From NCBI RefSeq assembly GCF_001194135.2, contig NC_068988.1:2151661-2215660 (forward strand): a DNA stretch of 64,000 nt, read 5' to 3'. A program made the translations under genes and the position numbers. Position 1 is the stretch's first letter. Each line of letters opens with the position of its first letter. The notes below the pieces were generated by a model. That model was not told where the DNA came from. It searched no databases and saw only the letters and a program-made list of their open reading frames with translations. This DNA comes from Octopus bimaculoides. Lineage: Eukaryota. Positions 38,975 through 51,815 of the stretch are shown piece after piece.

Positions 38975-39625
38975 CAGAAAATTTGTAGCAAACATTTTTG
39001 CCATGGGAAAATTTACCATAGCAACATTTGCTGTAAGAAATTTTGGTGTATGGACAATGATAGAGTGTATTCCATCAACATTTTTGAAAATAAAAAAAAT
39101 GAGAATGGTAAAAGATTTCATAAAAGCATTAAATAGGCAAGTCTTTATTCAATGTTAAATATATAAAAAAAAGAACATGATGAGGTCATTTAAAATGTAT
39201 GAAAATTCCAAGCAATGCTGCACAAATAATGAAATAATGCACTTTTTGCTGGGGATCGTTTTGAAGCATCTGTCTCTGAAGTCTTGCATTAATATTGCTA
39301 CACCTTTTTTTTCCCCTTCTCTGCTGCTTCTCCTTCATCTGAATCACTCTTTCTTTTTCACTAAACTCTCTTCCTTTTTTCAAATAACTTATGAGTTTCC
39401 AGGTATTTGAATGCATTTTAGTAATAAAGATTTATATTGCATTGTGTAAGCTTTCTAGATTATTGTTTGTTCTGATCATATTATTCAGAGTTCTTTTATT
39501 TTAAAAAATGCTGGTATAATATGCTTTTGTATTATCCATATGGAGAATTTGTCTTGTGGCAAATTTTCCTATATGGCAAAATTTCTTACAGCGACTGTTC
39601 CTTCAGCAAATTTTCCCACAACAAA
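38975..39625. mobile_element. DNA transposon derivative with inverted subterminal repeat arrays (Mutator/foldback-like)
   Basis: Repeated gaaaatttgc/aaattttgcc motifs in opposite orientation at the two ends; shared tgctgtaagaaatttt. Confidence 0.55.
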
Positions 39626-40291
39626 AATGCTTATGCTCTTAATTATTGTTGATGTATTTTTCGATGTTTATCCATGTGGCTGCTTCAATTTCTGTATGAA
39701 ACCAGATCCTGTCTATGGTTTACCCCAGCATGTGGTGAAACTTAATTCCAGATTGCAATTACAAATATCTTGACAAAGTTCAGAGCCGGTTTGAGTCAAA
39801 TTCCATAATTCCATATATTTGAAGCAGTTGGTGTTTCTCCATTTGAACAACAAAGTAAAAACTTTGGATCTTTATACAGGTGAGTCATTTTTGAGCTCTT
39901 TTATCCATAGCTATGACTGCATTGAAAACAAATCATTCCTACAACCTAACAGATGTCTCCCCACTTGAAGAAAATTTTCTTCAGAATAAATCTCAGTTCC
40001 CTTTCATTCCCTTTCATCTTTCTGAAAGAAAAAAAAAAAATCATTCGGTGTGATGAGAAGATAGTTCCACTGATACCTTAACGAACATGAATTCCTTTGA
40101 TACAGGTGCATTTCCCTGAGAAAATGCAATTGTATTTATAAACTTAGTGTTTGAGCAATACATGTAATAATGTCTTCATTGGCATTTACCATTTGCTTTT
40201 GCTCATGTCAAGATTCTCAAATTGACAATCTTCTCCATTTCTATTTTTGCTTTTCTCCTTTTGTCTCTGTCTCTAAAAACCATAAGGAGCA

Positions 40292-40350
<59 letters not shown>

Positions 40351-40374
40351 GTAATAATAATATTATATTTTATT

Positions 40375-40480
40375 GCATTATTTCAGAAGTCTGCTCTGCT
40401 GGGAAAAGCAAGGATTGTAAGAAAGGTCCTTGATATCTTAGGAATCTGATACTGACCTGATATCAAGAACATTGATTCCA
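40375..40480 (+). mobile_element. Short R4/Dong-like 3' fragment between two (AAT)n tracts
   Basis: Translation FQKSALLGKARIVRKVL is the RLE C-terminal motif. Confidence 0.7.
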
Positions 40481-40629
40481 AATGTAAAATATTCATGCAT
40501 ACTACGAATAATAATAACAATAATAATTATAATTATTATTATTATTATTTTTATTATCTTTTTGGTATTGATAGTGTCTTCATCTCTTCCTTTCCCCCTT
40601 TTTTTCTTTGCCATGTCCCTTCTTTATCT

Positions 40630-40663
<34 letters not shown>

Positions 40664-41259
40664 NNNNNNNNNNATATATAGCAAAAATGCAAACAAAACA
40701 AACGATTGGAATCTGTCTAGAATATGTATTACAATGTGTACTAATAGTTAATTATATCTGTTAACAGAGTATTGTTGGTTAAAACAAAACTGTCTACGGA
40801 GGCTGCTGTGATTCAAATATGGGTGCAGTCATAAAAGAAGTTTTCTGGAGAGAAAACAAAAAACAAAGAAAAAAACGGCATTCACCAAAAATAAATTATC
40901 TTTATAGAACAAAAGCAACATGCTGAAAAAATGAATGGATTTCAGTTGTGATGGAATATATTATATGCCGTATATAAATATAGGAAAACCTGCAAATAAA
41001 ATGTAAGTAATATTCTTGGTAACAAAATATCAAAGTAAATCATTTGAATTCTAGATATTCCACCCACCAACTGACACACACAAACACACAACACACACAC
41101 ACACTTACACACAAACACACATGCATAATGTTGTGTGTAAGTATATGTGTGTGACAGTAAATACATGTGAGTATATGTGTATTTGTGTGTGTGTGTGCAC
41201 ATGTGTATGCATGAGTTCATGAGTATGTATGCACGTGTGAGCATGTATGTGTGCATGTG

Positions 41260-41313
<54 letters not shown>

Positions 41314-41650
41314 ATGTGAGTGTAAGCTTTGAAACAAAAACATATTTCAAACTCTACTCTCCTTTTTGCTTGGGCATTTTTCAGTAAAATCCGTTTTTCC
41401 TGGTAAAACCATAAACGTACAAACATCTTGTATTCTTGGTTTCCTGAGACCTAAAGAAACATTTCGAATTTGCCATTGTATTCATCAGGATCCATGAATG
41501 TGTAGATTGCAACACATTTTTAGTGATTCCCAATGCAATGCAGAAAGTTTAGTCAAATGATTTGAGACAAAATTGAAAGGATTGGAAGCACACTGTGACT
41601 AGCAGTGTATAACAATGTTTGGTAGTTTGATCAATACAGAGATTAGTTTA

Positions 41651-41953
41651 CAGTAGAACCTCAGTTCATGAACACCTCTCATCACTAACAAATAGGTTTA
41701 TGAAGAATTTTGCAAACATAAAATGGTGTCTTGAGTAAGAAACAGGCAAGCCAGCAACAGCAGTTGGTGACAAGATGAGAGAATCACAAGAAGAGCATCA
41801 GTTGCTGTCTGGATTTTGCTCAGTTTACATCCCTGCTTGAATTTACCATAGATTCTCTTGAATTTTCTATGGTAAAATAGAATTGGTTTACAAAGATTTC
41901 AGGTAGTGAACAGCATTTAGGAGTGAATTGAATTTGTACACCAAAGTTCACTG
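41651..41953. mobile_element. Degenerate Tigger-like MITE
   Basis: TA-cagtagaacc ... gttcactg-TA. Confidence 0.5.
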
Positions 41954-42344
41954 TATTTTTATTTAGGTGAGAAACAGGAGACATTTTGAAAATGTTTCCA
42001 ATGTGAAAACAGTGATATTATTTAAGTTTTGTATGGCTAAAAACAAATTGAAAAGAAAATTTTTGTTGATGGGTTTTCAAAGTAAACTTGTCAGACGAAA
42101 TATATTAGAAATATTTGAAAATACATTAATAAATTTCTTAATATGTTTGGTCAGAAAGATAAAGAGAATTTGATAATTCAATAATAAATAATGACAATGT
42201 TATTTGTAATCATTAATTGGTGATGTTGTTGTGTTTTATAGAACTTACAACTAATTTACATTATTTAATTAATGCTAACATAGTTAATGAAAGGGTCATT
42301 AAAAATTTCTGAAGAAATAGTGATGCATTAATGAAATAACTATG

Positions 42345-42960
42345 TTAGACTCTAACTATTTTCATTTTCAATGTTTCATCAAGCAAAGAACATGACTCTG
42401 GACAAGCTTCCACAATATAATGGCTGCTATTGCTGAAATAATTTGTATGGGTATCACACACATGCATGCACACATGCACACACACACACAAACACACATG
42501 CACACATAGACACACACACGCACATGCATACATACATCCACTGGGCAGCTAATTTCCACAACTGTGCACAGTTTCTCTTCTCTATCCCAAATCATTATAT
42601 CAGGTCTGTTGTGCTTACATTTTATCGAGGTCTTCACTGGGACATTCCACCAGTATTCCTTTTTTATTATGAGTGGCTATGGATTCTACCGTTTTGTGGG
42701 TTCTTATTTCTTTGTCCTTGGGATTATCCTTCCAACAGATTTCATTATAGAGTGTCTTAGCTACAGCATCATGTCTCATCGGTAGATAAAACCATGATGC
42801 TTCTGATGTGGGTGACATCATCAGTGTGAACTCCACAAAGTCTGCATCAGTTGTCACACTTTACGGCTTTTCCTGCATCTCTGTCCCTTTTGTGCATCAG
42901 GTATTTGGTTGATATTTCCTGTTCCTAGATTGCAAACGCATACCCTTCAAAATGGGAGGT
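42345..42960 (-). mobile_element. R4/Dong-like fragment: CCHC knuckle + RLE PD..D/E motif, split by (CA)n
   Basis: CRLCGVHTDDVTHI; YLPMRHDAVAK; HNRPDIMIWDREEKLCTVVEISCPVD. Confidence 0.8.
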
Positions 42961-43454
42961 AGTAATCCGGCTATTGGTCCATGATAAACTGCTGTATGTA
43001 TGTATGTATGCCATGTAGTGGGACTGAACCGAGAACCATGTGGTTGGGAAACAAGCTCCTTACTATACAGCCAAACACTTCCCTTTCATACATCAATGAC
43101 TTACTGCCATATCCAATAACACTTACTAAAAAAAACAAAAACAAAAAAAAACGACACTACACTTTACTTGTCTGTTCCATTCTCTCTGAGTGTATCAGTC
43201 ATTTGCAACCTAGACACGATGCATGAAACCTCCCTGATTCTAAGAACTGAAACTTTGAGAATATCCAGCAATGGAAATATGCAAACCTTGTCTTTTTCAA
43301 CAGTAAAAAAACCACAGCCACACAACATCGTTTTAAGAATTTGTTTTCCTCTCTGCAATCATTGATTAAAATCCTGAAACTTTCGTTATTTTTACATTAA
43401 TTTATAAGACTTATTAATATCATTATCGTTAATATTACTGTTGCAGTATAGAAA

Positions 43455-43455
43455 T

Positions 43456-43507
<52 letters not shown>

Positions 43508-43631
43508 GTTGCTACTACTGCTGCTACTGCTGCTGCTGCTGCAACTACTATTACTACTGCTGCTCCAACTACTACTACTACTATTGTTGCTACTACTACT
43601 GTTGCTGCTACTACTACTGTTGCTGCTGCTG

Positions 43632-43662
<31 letters not shown>

Positions 43663-43663
43663 A
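43455..43663. repeat. (TAC/TGC)n compound microsatellite
   Basis: Direct inspection. Confidence 0.95.
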
Positions 43664-44255
43664 GCAGTGAGATGATGGAATTGTCTCAGCACGCCAGGCA
43701 AAATGCTTAGTGTTATTTCATCCGTCTTTGAATTCTGGGTTCAAATGCTGTTGGGTCAAATTTTCCTTTCACCCTTTCAAGGTCAATAAAATAAGTACCA
43801 GTTGTGTACTGGGGGTTGATGTCAGAATTGTTAGCACGCTGCGTAAAATGCTTAGCGGTGTTCCGTCCATCTTTACATTCTGAGTTCAAATTCCACCAAG
43901 GTCAATTTTGCCTTTCATCTTTTCAGGGTCGATAAAATAAATACCAGTTATGCACTGCGGTTGATGCAATTGATTTACCTCTCTCCTCAAATTTCAGACC
44001 TTCTGTCTATAGTAGAAAGGATTATCCTTATTATTACCATTCCTACGAAAGCAGAAATGTTACCATGCTGGGCAAAATGCATAGCAGCATTTCTTCCGAC
44101 TTTTAAGGTTCTGAGTTCAAATACTGTCAGGGTTGACTTTGCCTTTCATCTATTTGGGTGGTGGTGGTGGGGTCGATAAAAAAGCATCAGTTGATACAGT
44201 TGATTAAATTTCTAAAATTGCTAGCACTGTGTCAAAATTTGAATGAATTATTATT
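43663..44255 (+). mobile_element. Three tandem SINE family B copies
   Basis: ttctgagttcaaat...tttgcctttcatc...gataaaataa occurs three times. Confidence 0.85.
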
Positions 44256-44289
44256 GTTACCATCATCACCATCGTCATTATTATTTCTT

Positions 44290-44336
44290 TTTATCACAGG
44301 TTTTGTTAGAACTCCTGGAGTCATGCATGCATAGCG

Positions 44337-44338
<2 letters not shown>
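44290..44338 (-). mobile_element. Very short R4/Dong-like 3' UTR in (ATT)n
   Basis: Homologous to the 3' UTR at 17250-17320 and to 46083-46150. Confidence 0.6.
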
Positions 44339-44404
<66 letters not shown>

Positions 44405-45492
44405 CATTGGTATTAGTATTATAGTTCCATTAAATCACCTGTTGTTGGTGGAGAGATTTAAGAGAAAAGTGGCATGAAGAATACATTGGAAATTTTAACT
44501 TTGCTCACCAGTTCAACTCCTGCTATCAAACATGAATAAATAGTCACAAAATGAAGCAGAAAATGTTTATTGTTGAAAAGGAATAAATCTTTCCTTTGAA
44601 TGAAGAAAATATATTTATGGAAGAATTTTAAAAATAAAAGAAGTAGGAAGTAAATGATATATAACAAAGTTTATTGCAAGAAATATATATTTTTTTAAAA
44701 AACAGAGTGATGCGATACACATCTTAGCTAATGTATTCTATCAGACAAGTACATTTAGTGAAAAGATAGATATAGCTTAGAAGTTGGCAAAATGTGTTTA
44801 GGAGAGAGACAGATGATAGAAATCTCAAGAACAACGAGGCAGTTTAAGGATATCGATCTGGATGTCATTTAAGTGTTTACGCAACACTGCAAGTGAACAA
44901 AAATTCAAGGAAATCAACAAGACAGGCAAATTGTAATGTTATTAGGAGTTGCAGTAAAGCAAGGACTGTGAATGCAATGAAGAGACAATAAGGAAAGTTA
45001 GTTAAGGGTGAGATGAACAGATTGAGGCCAGTGGATGTAAGTAATGCCATTTAAAAGATTAAAATGTCCAAAGTGCTTAAACTGAGCAGCATAAATAATA
45101 ATTGCTAAACCTTCAAGCTGATTAGGTCTAGAGATATTCACATGCAATTAGTATAAATACAGATTTTGTTTCCTGAAGCACTCTATGGAATTTCAAGGGT
45201 TATATTTGATCAAGATTATCTTTACTGTGGCAATGTGATCATAACCAGGACGTAACTCTCAATAAACCTGTTTAAACTAGCTGTAAGTAAATATCAGAGG
45301 GGGTATAGATTACAATGGTAACAGAACTATTGCCTGGCTTGTTGGTTGTATCTTGCTGTCGAGCATTTCCAGAAATAATGGGAATAATACAAATAGTTTA
45401 GGAATACCAACCATTTCTTTGGACTAAATTATGTAGCAAAGAAAGAGACGGAGGTCATGATTCACTGCTGTAGACAATAACCACACTGTATG

Positions 45493-45888
45493 TTCTTTTA
45501 TTTTTTTAATTGTTTCAATCATTTGACTGTGGCCATGTTGGAGCACTGCCTTTATTCAAACAAATCAACCCAGGACTTATTCTTTGTAAGCCTAGTACTT
45601 ATTCTATCAATGTCTTTTGCTAAACTGCTAACTTATGGGTATGTAAACACACCAACATCAGTTGCCAAGCAATGGTGGTGGGGACAAACACAGACTCACA
45701 AATACACACACACACACAGACAGATGACAGGCTTCTTTCAGTTTCCGTCTACCAAATCCACTCACAAGGCTTTGGTCAGCCTGAGGCTATAGTCGAAGAC
45801 ACTTGCCCAAGGTGCCACGCAGTGGGACTGAACCCAGAATCATGTGGTCGGCAAGCAAGCTACTTACCACACGGCCACTCCTGCACCT
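45493..45888 (-). mobile_element. SINE family A, full length
   Basis: Tail, internal (CA)n, CORE-like domain and head all present. Confidence 0.9.
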
Positions 45889-46082
45889 ATATGAGCGACT
45901 TGTCTGGTGGGTTTTTTCCTCAAGATTTTCAATGGTTGAAAGCACTTTACAAAAAGAGATGTTGGGACAAAGGCAGCACAAAAGGAAATTTCTGAGTTTC
46001 AAAATTTAAATTCTATTTTGAGAAATCTTTTGTTCTTTGAAAACAAATTTTTAGCCATTTGGTTTTTAGCACACTTACAGAA

Positions 46083-46172
46083 GGTGGCAGTAAGTAGCAA
46101 GCCCACTATGCATGCAAAACTCTAGGAGCTCCAACAAAACCTGTGATAAAGAGAAATAATATTAATAATAAT
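46083..46172 (+). mobile_element. Short R4/Dong-like 3' UTR with (AAT) tail
   Basis: gcccactatgcatgcaaaactctaggagctccaacaaaacctgtgata. Confidence 0.6.
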
Positions 46173-46866
46173 AAGGTTAGTAGAGTTAGAGACTGGAATA
46201 ACCATCTAAGGGATAAAAGTATCTGTTCTACTACCAGTATAACTACCTATGTTAACCCTGGACATACATATGCAAGCATATTATGCTCATAGGTTACAGG
46301 TAATGACAAAGATAAACATGAGTTTATCAGGAATTAAATTTAAAGTAAACAGAAAATGGAGAAGCATTAGTCAACAACTGACATCAATCATCTAACAGCT
46401 GTTTCTGCTTCCAATGTTGTATGGTAGTGCCATTGATATTCCAAAAATAATATTCATCATAGTTGGTATTACATCTGATCTGGAACATGGAGCCTCATCA
46501 GAGGGAAGAAAAATACGTCCACAAAGGAAAAGAAAAGAAAAGAAGAGGAGCCTCAAGAAGAAAAGGAAAAGCTTAATATATTTAAATCATACCATTTTGC
46601 TTATGATTTAAATGTATTAAGCCTTTCTTTTTCCTCTCGACACTCCTCTTCTTTTCTCTTCTTTTATGTATGATTTTTCTTCACTTTGATGAAGCTCCAT
46701 GTTCTAGATCAGATTTATTACCAAACATGATGAATATTATTTTTAGAATTTTCAATGGCACTACCATACAACATTGGAAGCAGAAACAACTGTTAGGTAG
46801 GATACGGTCTATTTGTATTGAATTGTTATTGATTAATATTTCTCCACTTTCTGTTTACTTAAAATT

Positions 46867-46988
<122 letters not shown>

Positions 46989-46989
46989 T

Positions 46990-47190
46990 GTTTCTAATTT
47001 AGGCACAAGGTCATCAATTTAATTGGGGAGGATTAATCAATTACATAGACCTCAGTATTTGACTGGTACTTTATTTTATCAATCCCAGAAGGATGAAAGC
47101 AAAGTTGACTTCAGCAGGATTTGAACTCAGAGCATAAAAAGCCAGTAGAGATATCACTAAACATTTTCACCTGTGCTCTAATTATTTTGT
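46990..47190 (-). mobile_element. SINE family B copy
   Basis: taggcacaagg...gactggtactt...aggatttgaactcag. Confidence 0.8.
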
Positions 47191-47757
47191 TAATTAACTT
47201 TGTGACCTAATGTTTCATGTATTAGGATCATAGCCAAATGCAGTTCTTGACCTGGAGAAAGTGCTATTTCCCTTCCCATGGCTTCAGTCTTCTCACCTAA
47301 AATGGCTCCCAATAAAAGGTGTGGCACTCCCTCCCTCCACCTGTTACATTCTGCCACATGTTACATTCTGCCATATCAGTGTCTATTCAATACTAATTGC
47401 AGTAACGGAACAGCCATATTGATGTGGCAACAAACATTACTTGCCAGTACAGTTACTGCTTTCATCTCTTACAGAGATTTTATAATTTGCTGCTTCACTT
47501 ATGTGTATGTGTGTGTATGTATGTGTGTGTGTGTGTGTGCATGTACGTATGTATATATGAAATTGGTGCAGAATGTTTCCATTAAAAATAAAACTTAGAG
47601 AACTCAAAAATTAAAGACAAATTTCTCAGTACATAATTCCTTTAAGAAAGCAATGAATTCTACAAGACTAATCTTGTTTCCTTCAGTGTAGATTTAGTCA
47701 AATTCACCAGTGAAATAAACAAGTCTTGTTTTTAGGTGTCATATAAACATGCATGTA

Positions 47758-47847
<90 letters not shown>

Positions 47848-48214
47848 TGTGTGTGTGCGTGCATGTGTGTGTCTGTGTGTGTCTGTGTGTGTGTGTATGC
47901 ATATGTATATGTATGCTTGTACATATTGTATTTTTAATTGAAACTGAATTTGTAAATTTGTTTTGTGACTCAAGTTTCATGCCTGTGCAATCATCAGGTG
48001 AAACCTGAATTGCCCAAAGCTAAATTTCAAAGTGAAAGTATAATTAATGAGATCTTCCCTCATTATATCAATGTTATCTATTTCAGAAAGGTGAAAATAT
48101 AACAATGTGATATATAAAGTAATTTCAGTGACTGGAATATTAGATGAATTTATCAGTGTCTAATTAAATTGAAAAAAAATTGAATGTGCAATGCAATGTT
48201 AAAAGTTTGTGACA

Positions 48215-48240
48215 AGACGGAAACTGAAAGAAGCCTGTCG

Positions 48241-48273
<33 letters not shown>

Positions 48274-48507
48274 GTATATGTATGTGTGTTTGTGTGTCTG
48301 TGTTTGTCCCCCCACCATTGCTTGACAACCGATGGTGGTGTGTTTACGTCCACGTAACTTAGCAGTTTGGCAAAAGAAGCCGATAGAATAAGTACTACGC
48401 TTCCAAAGAATAAGTGCTGGGGTTGATTTGATCGACTAAAGGTGGTGCTCCAGCATGGCCGCAGTCAAATGACTGAAACAAGTAAAAGAGTAAAGAGAGT
48501 AAAAGAG
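48215..48507 (+). mobile_element. SINE family A, 3' part (5'-truncated)
   Basis: agacggaaactgaaagaagcc, (TA)n, then the tail. Confidence 0.85.
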
Positions 48508-49202
48508 ATGCTTTCCATGTAATTACATCTTTGAAGGGTTTGTTTGAACAGATCGACTTCCATGATTATTTCTATTCAAGGTTGATAATTATTCTATCAG
48601 TTATATTTGCTGAACAGCTAGGTTATGAGAATGTAAACAAACCAATTATCAACCGGTAGTGAGGAAATAAACCAAACACAAATACAACAGCAACAGCACA
48701 CATACATGCACACACACACATGCATGCACACACTCACACACACAGACGTACACAGATGCAGAGTCATACACATACATGCACATACGCACATGTTCAATGA
48801 GCTTCCTCACAGTTTCTGACTATCAAATTCATTCATAAGGCACAAGTCATCCTCAGGTTATAGAAGAAAGCACTTGTCCAAGGAGGTGCTGTGCATTGTA
48901 ACTGAACCTGAAACCATGGGTTGCAGAGTGACCTTCTTAACTACACAGCACCTATGTCTGCACTGATGTCTGCACCTAAAGTCAACTTCCATTTTCATCT
49001 CTTGGAATATATGACTCATATAGAATTCATATTATGGCACTGAGAGTGTGCCATAAAATTAGGATTAGAGTAATCGTATTCAAAACGACAGTAATCTCTA
49101 CATATACAACACACAAAGAGGTCTTATGGATGACAAGAAGGACCATATTTTTTGAGATCCTCTTGCAGAATGCTTCCTTATAATTACAGTGAGTGAAGAC
49201 AA

Positions 49203-49385
49203 TGAGCTGGTAGAATGGTGAGCCCAATGGTAAGAATGCTTGGTAGCATTTAATCTGGCTTTAGGCTCTGAGTTCCATTTATGCCAAGGTCAACTTTGTC
49301 TTTCAACCTTTCAGGGTTGATAATATAAGTACCAGTTAGATACTGGGGTTGATATAACTGACTTATCTCCTTCCATGAAATTGTT
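49203..49385 (+). mobile_element. SINE family B copy
   Basis: tgagctggtagaat...caaggtcaactttgtctttcaacctttcagggttgata. Confidence 0.75.
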
Positions 49386-49431
49386 GGCCGAACGTTCACA
49401 CCATTATTCTAGTGAGTCATTATTCATGGCT

Positions 49432-49649
49432 TTTCTTTTACTCTTTTATTTGTTTCAGTCATTTGACTGCGGCCATGCTGGAGCACCGCCTTTAGTTGAA
49501 CAAATCAACTCACAAGTCTTATTGTTTGTAAGCTTAGTACTTATTCTTTCGCTCTCTTTTACCGAACTGCTAAGTTACAGGGATGTAAACACACCAACAT
49601 CAGTTGTCAAGTAATGTGGGGGAACAAACATAAACATATAACTTTATAT

Positions 49650-49724
<75 letters not shown>

Positions 49725-49881
49725 CGATGGGCTTCTTTCAGTTTCTGTCTACCAAATCCACTCCCAAGGATTTGGTCATCCTGAGGCTATAGTAGAAGAC
49801 ACGTGCCCAAGGTTCCACACAGTGGGACTGAACCCGGAACCATATGGTTGGTTAGCAAGCTAGTTATCACACAGCTACACC
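49432..49881 (-). mobile_element. SINE family A, full length, with internal (CA)n(TA)n
   Basis: All domains present. Confidence 0.9.
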
Positions 49882-50643
49882 ATGATATCATTCAGTAATC
49901 TTACTTAATTGCAATTCCATGTCCTTCGTTTCTTTTTTCCATCAGTTAGAGCAAATGTGTCACTATTAAAGACATTTCAACCAATGACATCTCTTTTCCA
50001 TTATTTTGTAATCTGAAACACCTCATATCACAAATCTTCAAATCAATGAATATGCATGACCCTCTTTCTGCTCCCCTCCCCCTCTTAGCTGAGGATACCT
50101 GACACCGAGTTATTTGGAATGGCTCTGAGAGACATCTTTTCTTTTAGCTTTTCCAAGTCTACACTAGAAAGTTACCTTCCATTCGGTTGAGACTTGGCAC
50201 CTTGCATGATGGGCAGATCTGGGCAGGTAGTCCTCAGCAGGTTGTTTCATGAAGACTCCAAGTCTTCGTACCCCTCCTCTTCTGCCTTGTCATCATTATC
50301 GTCATTGTTATCACCACCACCACCACCACCACCACCACATGATGATGATGATGTCGATGCTCGTGGTTGTGCTGGTGATGATGATGATGTCAACCACATT
50401 TATGAACTGGATGTCACACCCCACCACACACACACACACACTCACCGTATCCCTGCCTTAGCCATTCTATTACGGTCTTGCGCCACCGTAAGACATCGAT
50501 ATTAAACATTGATAACATTATATCCTCATGTAGTAGTGATATATCTTTTTTTTATTGACCTCACCACTACAACCCTTACATTTATTAAAAAGCTATCATC
50601 TATCCTCCTCCTCTTCTACGTTCCACTGACATAAGTGGCTGTC

Positions 50644-50702
<59 letters not shown>

Positions 50703-51776
50703 GTGGCTGTCAATGGCTTGATTTTTATCACAGTTTCATACATCTAACAGCTCCTTAGAGTCCTCACTTTGCGACAGTGATTACTTTATGGCACTAATTT
50801 CTTGGTAATGGGTTCAGCTGTGTGTGTGGGTTCGTATGCTTGTGTGTGCCTGTGTGTTTTATGAATTAATATGTGTGTGTGTATGGATGGATATATGTTT
50901 ATATTTGTATATAAGTATATATGCACATGTGCATAAATGTTTATATGTGCATGCATATATGTACATATGCATATATATATACGTATATATACATACATAT
51001 ATATATATATAGATATATATATATGTATATATATATATACATATATATATACATATATATACACATATATATACATATATTTTACATATATATATATACA
51101 TATATATAGGTATGTATATGTGTGTATGTGAGTATATATATATATATATATGTATAGATGCATACATATACCTATATTTTATATATCTACATCTATATCT
51201 ATAACTCTGACTCTCTCTCTCTTTCTCTCTCTTTCTCACTCTCTATAAAGTTATGGTTTTTGTATGTGTAATCTATCTATCTATCCATCATATATAAATG
51301 TATGTGTATGCATATATATATATATNNNNNNNNNNNNNNNNNNNNNNNNNNNNNNNNNNNNNNNNNNNNNNNNNNNNNNNNNNNNNNNNNNNNNNNNNNN
51401 NNNNNNNNNNNNNNNNNNNNNNNNNNNNNNNNNNNNNNNNNNNNNNNNNNNNNNNNNNNNNNNNNNNNNNNNNNNNNNNNNNNNNNNNNNNNNNNNNNNN
51501 NNNNNNNNNNNNNNNNNNNNNNNNNNNNNNNNNNNNNNNNNNNNNNNNNNNNNNNNNNNNNNNNNNNNNNNNNNNNNNNNNNNNNNNNNNNNNNNNNNNN
51601 NNNNNNNNNNNNNNNNNNNNNNNNNNNNNNNNNNNNNNNNNNNNNNNNNNNNNNNNNNNNNNNNNNNNNNNNNNNNNNNNNNNNNNNNNNNNNNNNNNNN
51701 NNNNNNNNNNNNNNNNNNNNNNNNNNNNNNNNNNNNNNNNNNNNNNNNNNNNNNNNNNNNNNNNNNNNNNNNNNNN

Positions 51777-51815
<39 letters not shown>

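Noticed and set aside
50090-50270. Possible RLE-type LINE fragment (minus strand)
   Set aside because: Only a CPDL-like word is recognisable, too weak to call.
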